A DNA stretch of 64,000 nucleotides from Phoronis australis. Lineage: Eukaryota; Animalia; Phoronida. The notes beneath the pieces were generated by a model. The model saw only the letters and a list, made by a program, of their open reading frames with translations, was not told the origin of the DNA and made no database searches. Every line of letters starts with the position of its first letter. Within the stretch, counting starts at the first letter, position 1. The stretch covers positions 1-64,000 of the forward strand of contig NMRA01000811.1 of the NCBI GenBank assembly GCA_002633005.1. The letters run 5' to 3'. Positions 14,331-24,200 of the stretch are shown piece by piece. A program made the translations under genes and the position numbers.

Positions 14331-17300
14331 GCATTTACACGGCATATGCACCTATCGTTTATGCTCATTAGACCCTAGTCATGCTTTGGGATTACGACAA
14401 CTTTTCTTTTATTTACAATTATATCTCTGTGTTATTCTCCACCAACTAAAGCTCCATTTTCTTTTGGCACGTTTTCTGTTAAATTTAATGTCGTAGTAAT
14501 AGCCCAACTGGCTAATGTTAATCTGTTCTCCAAACGACATTAAATAAAGATTCTTGATTCTTGAGTCGGTCGCCCGTGAGGGAGTCAGTGTCGGAGCGCG
14601 GGCCCTGAAAACGCGCTTGCGGGCGTTCTGTCGTTCGAGCAACTTTTCCAGATGTGAGGGGTTCTGAACGTGCGATAACACCTGGCTCTTCTGTTAACTG
14701 CCCAGCACAGTCGTTTGTCCCGCATGATAACAAGCAGGCCAATATTATCTAGCTCCCAGGCTTCAAAGCTAGGTTATTGAAACCTGGCAGAATGTATTGT
14801 CTTAACTTCTGTTGTAGTTGAGCGATTTTGGTGATTCACTAAACATGACATTCGCGCCCAATCTGCCAAATGGAATCTGGGAGCCAGGGGGGGGGGCACT
14901 GGCCATGTTCTTGGGCCCCCTCTACGGAAGTCCGCCGCCACTGGCGTGCATGGCATTGGGACTGTAGCCCCACTTATTTTAGTGGTGCGTCGCCCATGCC
15001 CACGGGGTGGCACACACCATAGGCCGGGCTGGAAGCTATAGCCCCCCACCCCCCGGCGCATATACTCTGTCGCGGGCCCGCCGCACTATAGGCCCACAAT
15101 TGAAAATGACGGTGCGGACTTGCGGAATAAACTTATAGGATATCCTTTGAAATAAAAGAGCCGCCTGTGTTCCCTGTAAGGAAAATCGTATTTATCAAAA
15201 GGTTTTCAATTATATTTTTTTAATTTGGGATTTTGTGTTAGAGCATCGAACTGCCCATTTGAACTTAAGTCGAAAAGTTTACTCACTAATCAATTCTTAA
15301 CCGTCCAGCCGAACTATGCTGAGGTGCCACTTTATGACTTCAACACGCAGACTCCATTTTTACTATCCCCCCCATTGACCCTCCATTTTACCCTCACACA
15401 TACCCTCCATTCCACACAGTGATCTCCCACCCATTTCAGCAGTTCCCTGGAGTCGTATCCCGGCCTCTCTTTCGTCGGCCAAGGCCGGCGCCTCTCAGCC
15501 AGTGCATGGAGATGCGCTCGACCCCAGCGTATCAAACCTCTGGAGTACATACCGATATCACGGTCCACTTTGTTCAGATAAAAATAGTCTCCTTAGGCAA
15601 GCCGGGGCCATGCCCGGCAGCGTAAAAGTTGCGACTGAGTCGTGGCCAAGCAGGTTACGTAAGTTAGTCACTCTGAGCTGCCGGCAAGCGTTCTTTACTG
15701 GTAGACACAATGCACTTGCCTTGTACAGGGTCTCACCGTATAGTGGCTCATTCGAAACCGGTGGTCTTTACACAAAAAAGTCGAGTCTCCAAATGGTATC
15801 AGAACCAACCGATAGAAATAACACAATAATGTTGACTTGTAACTGAGCCAATCAAACCCACCCTCAGCGCCGTAATGCTCAGGGCCCCTCAACAGATACA
15901 AAGCTGAGTTGCTCTTCATCATATAAGAGACGTTCCAACAAAAATAGTCTTCTTTTTCTATACACGGGCATATTCTCTCGTTAATTAACGGCGAGACCCA
16001 TGTGCCTCGATCCCTAACACTCAAAACACAATGACCACGGGTTCCGAGCCACTGCCGCCGGGGCCGGGATAGCAATCGTTCAGTGTGTCAAGAATTGAAA
16101 AAATCGCAAGTCTAAAATTACAACACAAAGCTATGTTCTCGATCTCCTGTCTGTATTTCACGGACGAATAATTTGAATTTATCACCAGACAGACCCCAAA
16201 CTCAAGCGACCGAACTTGGTAAATTAGCCTAAAGTACGTACCTAACTTTGTAGCCAGCATAGGATACGGTACTTTCAAAAACCTAAAAATCTGTGACAGC
16301 GAAATAAAACAATAACTCTATATATTTGTAAGGGGTTTTCATCGAATTTTGATTATTTATTGGTGCAAAACGACGAATTCAAGCAATAAGCTGACACCAG
16401 TAAGCGTGTTGTGAAGTGCTGAACAGAACGCATTCGAACCTCTGACGTCATTGGTTAATTTCAACACCTCCGTCTGCCGTCAGGTAAAAGAGCTGTCCTT
16501 GCTGTTATCGAGTGGAACTACTCGATCTAAATTGATACAAACTAAGTTATTTTTTGGGGGGCATTTTCATTTAAAACAGCAGATTTTTATGCCCCTCAAG
16601 CGTAACAACGTTTAGCAAGAGGTGGCGCTACATATATTGTCTCTTTAGCCATCACAAGCCCACTTAACTTCGAGTTTGTCTCCCTGCATGGTGATGCACA
16701 ATGTTTGTTGCATTGCTATGTAGAAATTATTATGCAACACATTATAATCCCTCATACAACAATATTAACTCTCACAGTTTAGGAAACAAAAATCTGTTTT
16801 GATTTAAAAAATAGCTGCTTTTCATCAGTAAAATGTTATTTTCCTGGCTGGTAAACATTCAACAAGCACAAAGTTGGTGATTTTTCTAACACACCACTAT
16901 CACACACACACAGGGAGTAAGATGAATATGAAAAACAATACGCCTAGCATGATTTTTTATTTATTCAATATATTTTAATACACAATTTTAAGCACAGCAG
17001 AGCAATATTAGATAAATATGATGATATTCTAACGGCACAGAATCATAGCTGAAACAACAACAGTGAACGAATGTTTACATATAGTTAGTAACAAGTTGTA
17101 AATAAACAGACTGGCCATGTTATGACAATTCTTCGTTTATTTAGCACACATTAGTATGGCCAACAAGTAAAACTCTATTTTCGCTAAAATTTCGTCGAAA
17201 AAGTGAAGACTAAGAACATTTCAGTCCGGACTGTGGTGTGCAGATGTCATAAAACAACATTTGCTAAAGTTCCCATTCTTTACGGAAAGATAATCAGCCT

Positions 17301-17946
17301 TTGAAAAATGGAGAAATGGCCATTTTGGAAATTATTTTTGTGCAAAATAAGTGAGATAATTACTGTAATCACACTCAATTAATAAACAAATTTCATCATA
17401 TGAATATTATTTCACTGGGCCCACTTAAAAGTGAGAACCTTGAGCAAAACTCGACACATCCAAAAATCACACGTTGATAAACAATACAATAATAGTTGCA
17501 ACAATGTTGACATTTCCCCCTCAAACAAATTAAGCTTGAAGCAGTAGATGAACACGGAAACTTGTATTTGTTTTCGTAAAAGGCTACCAAACCAGGTTTT
17601 GGAATATTACCAGACATTGAAAACGATTTTCCACAGAGTTCTCTAAAACAAATAATGCTCTGTAACCCTCAAGAACTGCCCTCACAAAGTTTAGGATAGA
17701 ATTTAAAAACTCCTCACAAAGTCTGCTAAATATACACGTATGACCTACGCTTTAGGCGAGTTACACAACAACTGTACGGAAAGACCTCACACCAAGAACC
17801 ATAATATCCAATTTGTGACTCAGAGAATTTGCATTTTTACATGAATCCTGTTTTAATACCCAAACTGGATACCAAAGATGAATTAGCGGGTGACACAAGA
17901 GGAATGGTTGAAATCAGCAAAACATGGTTTAGTATCCTTCTAATAT

Positions 17947-20900
17947 TTAGTTGGTCTTTACTTTGTCGTCGTCCCTGTAAGCACTGCTAAAGATCATAGT
18001 GAAGAGCAGTAAGACAGGAATGAAGAAGTACGGGCAATAGATGGCGACGAGGGTCAGCCTCTCTTTCATGGTCGATGGTCCGTTGTCACCGAAGTCATGA
18101 AAGATGAAGTGGGATAAGATTGGGACCAACGTTGTGGCCACATGTGCCGCATATACAATGGCCGGGATACGAATCCACTTGCACCCACCTGCAAAACACG
18201 AATTAAAATGTGAGACCGCATGCACGCAATTCAAATGAATTGGGATACGTAAGAGTTCTGTCACCGTACTCTGCATTCTCCCTACGTGTACTCAGATGTG
18301 GTGTTGCTCAATGTTTGAAAAGTTTTTCACCACGTCGGAAATCTTGAAAAGTTCTGAACTGTGTTTATAATTTGATAGCATGAAACCAGGAAACATAAGC
18401 ATTTTTCTGGTACGGCAAGATATGTTTTTGGAACAAACTGTATGTGAAAGTAGCAAACTAAATACTTTGCTCAAGGTTCTCATTTGTAATCAGAAAACTG
18501 ACTTTTGATTTCGACCGAATAGTGGTACATTTATGGAGTCTTTCTTGTGTTCGTTTCGCAACAGTAGAGATAATTGCTGGTCGTGGAAACAACGTGATAG
18601 TTTGTTCCTGCCACACCAGACTTGACAAGTTCCTGACGGGTCACTTTATGAGATGAAGATGTGCTCAAGTCATAACATGCAGTCCGCTCTTTCCAAACCT
18701 ACTTCTCGTATCAATGAGGAACAATTTGAGATCAGTTTTAGTGCCATAGGCAGACATAATCCAAGTCAAAAGTTTGTTTCTTTGACGGATCATGCATTTT
18801 ATGACGGCTTTAAGGTGCCAACAGTGCAGCAATGGCAAACCATTCCAATGAAGGTGAACAAGGAATGCACATGACACCCATTTTCCACAAGTGGACCACA
18901 AGTGTTTTTGGGAAACCCTACAAACTGTAGAAATTTTCAATCGTGGCCAGGAAATTTTTACGACAAAAAAGGTCCGTGGGCCTGTTTGCGGAAATTCAAG
19001 GCACACGCAAAATGTTTAAACTGATCCACATTGCTTCTCATTCCCATTTACAAGTATGTCCATAGTTGGTTTAATTGAGCTCATTAGTAAATGTCATTTA
19101 CATATTCGAAACAAATGAAATAGCTGTTTTAAATCGTTAAAAATGTCAAAAAATTTTGAGCTGAGACTTCAAATCCACAAAGGACAAGTACCTTTGTAAA
19201 ACGCATAACTCGCCACAAAGAAGAACGGAAACTGAAGAGTCAGTTCACAAACGACAAAACTTGTCATCCAATAGGGGCCGTCACTGAACAAAACATCCTT
19301 CATTTGGTCACAGTAGCTGGCAGCAATGTCTTTGAGCTGGAAGATGAAAGCAATTATGAACAGTTCTCAACAGGAAAAGGGGTGTAGGGTTATGACAATT
19401 CAGATAAAGCTTAAGTGTTACAAATATTTTTTACAACACTTTGTTATAAAAATTACCAGAATTAACACAAATTAAGCTGATAAGTTAAATCATGATAACT
19501 TTATTAGATGTCTCCAGACCAAGAGAATTTTCTCTCAAAATCAGGAGAATGAGTTGCTTTGTGAGTGACAGCTTCTCTGCGAAATGGGGAAATTTCATTG
19601 TTCACGTTAACTCCATATAGCAGTTGTTTATTCTATACGAGATACGAGAATGGTCCCTCCTGAGGTGTGCGTGCGTGATTGAATGGATGTACTTGTTAGT
19701 TTGTTTGTTTTTTGTACTTCTTTACAAATGATAATAAAAACCTGACAAAAAAATACAATTCTCAACAGAAGTGCAGGGTTATATAACAATTCAGATAAAG
19801 CTTTAACATTACAAATATTTTCAAAGCACTTTGTTATGAAATTACGATAAAAGATACCAATTAGGCTGGTTAGTTAAATCATGATAACTTTATTAGGAGA
19901 ATGTCTCCAGACCACGAGAATTTTCTCTCAAAATCAGGAGAATTCATTCGATCTATTAGGAAACCAGGCCATTCAATGGTATTGAGTAGTTGGACAATGC
20001 ATCTCTACATAAACCGGTGTTGCCGTCTCCCCTTGGTATCTCAGAAGTTGATCTGAGCTCCTTGTGTGGTACAGAGCAATTATCGCATTAGCGATGTATG
20101 CACGGCAATAAAATACTGGCTGAAATAAATTGAAATATCAAGGACAGGAGTTGTAGTTTTCATTTGTAATGTGTTTGACTTATGAAATTGAATTCCTCAT
20201 GCAAAGTTAGTGCAGAATACTTCCTTTGTGGAAGAAAGACAATAAAAACTAGCCAAAATGCAAAGGCGGCGCATTATAGGGGGCTGCGGAGGGGCCATAG
20301 CCCCACTTTTTTCAGTGCTGCGCCACCCATGAAAAGCTGCCATAGGTTTTTATTTTTTGACAACAGTTTTGAGTCAATGCATGTTTACATAAAGTATTGA
20401 ATCAGCATTGTAGATAACTAGCGTTTGCCTCATGATATCGGACAAAAGAACAAGTCTGGTGCTTAACGAAAGAAAAAATGATATCAGGCCTCTGAAAACC
20501 GGTGTCATCTGGTATACGGACTAAAAGGGAGTATTTTAATGTCGAAAAAACCTTATGTTGTAGTGACGGACTACCAGAGTTGGCAAGCAGGCAACTCTGG
20601 AGGGCACAAGTCCTTCCCTTGCAAACTGACTCATTTCCTGAAGCCCCTAAATTCACTTCACAGCCAACGGCAACGCTGTGCTGCATCTGGCACTGCCTGG
20701 CCAGCTCAGCCCGGAGGCCTTAGGCTTCTGTCTGCTATTTTCTGCCATTCTGGCTTCCGGACAGTCTCAACAAGTCGTTATCACAATTAAAATTGTAATG
20801 ACAACAATTACAGAACTGTTGAAATTACTACCAATTACTCACCACGGTTGGATAAAGCCATCCTGGTAACAAAATCTGAGAGTCAAATAATATTGTTATA

Positions 20901-20953
20901 AATATATGGGAAAAGAAATACAGGAAGAACACAAAGTCCAAAACCCGCGCCAT
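17947..20953 (-). CDS. TMEM97: Sigma intracellular receptor 2 / TMEM97 (EXPERA domain)
   Basis: Exons 20953-20843, 19336-19192, 18188-17947 in phase. Protein: MARVLDFVFFLYFFSHIFITILFDSQILLPGWLYP...SFVVCELTLQFPFF...GCKWIRIPAIVYAAHVATTLVPIL...GPSTMKERLTLVAIYCPYFFIP. Ends KVKTN (KxKxx ER-retrieval motif). Confidence 0.95.
19364..19944. repeat. Local ~185-bp direct duplication in TMEM97 intron 1 (19364-19550 and 19759-19944)
   Basis: Both copies run ttctcaacag...acaattcagataaagctt...agttaaatcatgataactttattag...agaattttctctcaaaatcaggagaat. Confidence 0.85.
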
Positions 20954-21227
20954 ATTCTCGGACGGAAGTTGACCTTCAATTTGTCGATAGATGTCGTGAA
21001 TGAACTGCTCAAAATGGTTTACTGGTTCCCGCTACAGAAGTAGCCGTTAATCTGCATAGCAACTCTGGTACCCGTGGTAGATTATAGGGTAAGTTCTAAA
21101 TCTACCGCGGACACCAGAGAACATTTGTCTTCGCTGGTTCCCCTGTTGCGTGAAGGTATAACGTTACAGCGCCACTAGCGATAGAAAGGAAAACCATTTT
21201 ACATAACATTCGGAGACGTCATCCTGA
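20954..21227. promoter_or_regulatory. Bidirectional promoter TMEM97 / MsrA
   Basis: 274 bp between divergent ATGs. ETS-like CGGAAG near 20963 and CRE-like GACGTCA near 21215. Confidence 0.65.
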
Positions 21228-24200
21228 ATGAGTCGGCAGATTTTTCGACAAATACTTCGACCATTCTTCTCTTTCTCAGTTCAGCAGGTGAGGTTTTGAT
21301 GCAATGGGCATCTCTGAATCAATTGTAAGTATTTAAAACTTCCTTTGGTTAAATACAGTTATGGCAAACTGAAAAAGCGAGCTTCAAATTTTACACACCC
21401 AGAGTCAGACCACCACATTCCACACTCCACAGTCAGGGCTCAGCCTCAGACTGGCTGTGACATGATTCTGTGACAAAACTTGCTTGCTTGAAATTCTTTG
21501 GCATTTTATGACATTTTGAAAATTCTGTGACAAAATGTGAGCCACTTAGTTAGTGTTTTGTTGGGTTTGCAGTTATTTTATGCTGCATCAAGTGGTGGTT
21601 CTTTTTGACTTTTGTGACATAACATTCATTACAAAGTTGATGTTACTTATAATACTTATATAGGCCTGTCAGTAGATGCAAAAAGCACCAAAATATCTGT
21701 GACAGTTGAGACTGTTGCAGCCCAAACTGATGCCCATGCCAAACTGATTTGGCGCATTTGAATTCATTGGGCACAGGTTGATGAGGCAAACTGTAGCTAC
21801 CATAAATTCTCAAATTATTGCCAGTAATTTAATAAATAGGTTATTTTAATGGTTATTAGAACTGAAATTGACGACAATGAGTGCGAGGTAGTGCACAACA
21901 GTTGCTCCATGACATTTCCTCCATGTGATTAATCCATATGACCGGCATACATGAGCACTCATTGTCATCAACGTTAATTTCCATTCTGATAAGCGTCAAA
22001 AAGTCCACGAACCACTGGCAATAATTTGAAAACTTAAGTAGCTTCAGTTTGCCACATACAGGCATAAGTTTGGCTTGACAACCCGTGCCAAATTGAACTG
22101 ATTTGGTGCAGGCATCAGTTTGGGCTGCAACAGAGACTTCCCTGTGACTGAGGATATGGGAAGATCTGAATTATTGCTGAGGAACGGTCATGCTTGATCA
22201 TTTCCATGCGCGCACCCAGGGGGGCTCGGGGGCCTCAAACGAGCATGATTTCATGTGCCAGGCATGGTCACAAGCACTGCAGAACAAAGCTGTCATTGAC
22301 AATGTGAGTTTTCATTGGAAGTTATTACGTATCATTGCTGCTCTCATGTCATCTAAGCTTTAAATTGTCGGAGTTTATACACATTCATTGCATTCTCTGC
22401 AGATCCAGCCTTCCAGCATGCCTCTGTATGAACCTGATGTCACGACAAAGAAAGCCACGCTTGCTCTCAGCTGATTCTGGTTTCCCGAGGCACAGTTTGG
22501 CTGTGCCCCGGGAGTTATCCGCACTCGGGTAGGGTTCACAGGCGGATCGACAGAGTTCCCCACCTACCATAACCTGTAAGTCTGTGTTTGCGCGTTTAAA
22601 CGCGCTTGAGCCAAAGCAACCCTAGTCATTCTTTAGAACAATTAAAGAGACATTCTACGCCATGTTGAGTGAAAAAATTCTACTTCAGGCTTAAATAAAT
22701 TTTGCCATTATCCCTGGCTATTATGTATTCTAAACTACTCTTTTTATAGAGCGGATCACACAGAGACAGTTGAAATTGAGTTTGACCCCTCACAGACGAG
22801 CTATGATAAATTACTGGATCTTTTCTGGAAGAACCACAACTCCACACAATGTATGTCACGTCAGTACATGTCGGCCATCTTTTATCATGATGACGAGCAG
22901 AAGAAACTAGCAGAGGAGAGTATGAAATCGGAACAGAGAAAGAAGGCAAAGACTATCGTAACCAAAATTCTGCCAGCAAAGAAGTTCTATGATGCTGAAG
23001 AGTAAGCTTTCCACATAACATGCTATGAACATTCCCACTAAATAAGATTGGTCCTAACCCCGGTCGTCAAGGTAAACGGTGGGGTATGGAAAATTGAACT
23101 AGACCGTATTTATCCACCTTGGCTGAGTCGCGCTCGGCTCACGATCAAAGGGATGCTGCCAAGCTGCTCTATTCATCGAGTCACGAGCGAGGATAATTGG
23201 CTTCGCTCATGCGGATATGATCAGCTGATTACAATCTACCTAGGAGACTGTACTTTTTATGGAGAGAGTTACAAGTAGTTTTTATTGTAATATTTGAAAA
23301 GAGGAGCGAAAACAAATATGAGTACAACTTTGAATTTTTCAAATCGGCCCAGGATAAGAGATTTTGCAACACAGCAACACTCACGATTACTTTCAATCGG
23401 CGCGCACGAATACAAAAATATAGGACCCAAGTTATTTAGATTTTGGAACACATGCATTGCAATATTCAAAATANNNNNNNNNNNNNNNNNNNNNNNNNNN
23501 NNNNNNNNNNNNNNNNNNNNNNNNNNNNNNNNNNNNNNNNNNNNNNNNNNNNNNNNNNNNNNNNNNNNNNNNNNNNNNNNNNNNNNNNNNNNNNNNNNNN
23601 NNNNNNNNNNNNNNNNNNNNNNNNNNNNNNNNNNTGTAAATCAGAAAAGTGTACAGGAAACTATGAACTGTGGAATGCGCATGCTCACATATATAAACAG
23701 CATACGGGGCTTTCACAATTTCTGAATGAAAAACACCAGTGTCCTGGGGTGAGTACACTCTCCTTGCGCAGCCTAGCCGTAGCTTATTTTAGGCGATTGA
23801 GTACACCCGACGCATTTTAATAGGATAATAGGCTTGTCGGCTGACCTCGCCTAGCGCAGGATAAGGGTTAAGTTGTCAGAGTTTATACACATTCATTGCA
23901 TTCTCTGCAGATCCAGCCTTCCACCATGCCTCTGTATGAACCTGATGTCATGACAAAGAAAGCCACGCTTGCTCTCAGCTGATTCTGGTTTCCCGAGGCA
24001 CAGTTTGGCTGTGCCCCGGGAGTTATCCGCACTCGGGTAGGGTTCACAGGCGGATCGACAGAGTTCCCCACCTACCATAACCTGTAAGTCTGTGTTTGTG
24101 CTTTTAAAGGCGCTTGAGCCAAAGCAACCCTAGTCATTCTTTAGAACAATTAAAGAGACATTCTACGCCATGTTGAGTGAAAAAATTCTACTTCAAACTT

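Noticed and set aside
23700-23715. ATACGGGGCT resembling RNase MRP CR-V
   Set aside because: No CR-I partner or supporting helices visible; it lies in a probable transposon end.
23294-23820. ORFs of 60-143 aa spanning the N run
   Set aside because: They are open only because Ns hide stop codons.
23980-23982. MsrA as a pseudogene with a premature stop
   Set aside because: The TGA is exactly at the catalytic Cys column, is present in both copies, the rest of the gene is intact, and a SECIS is present.
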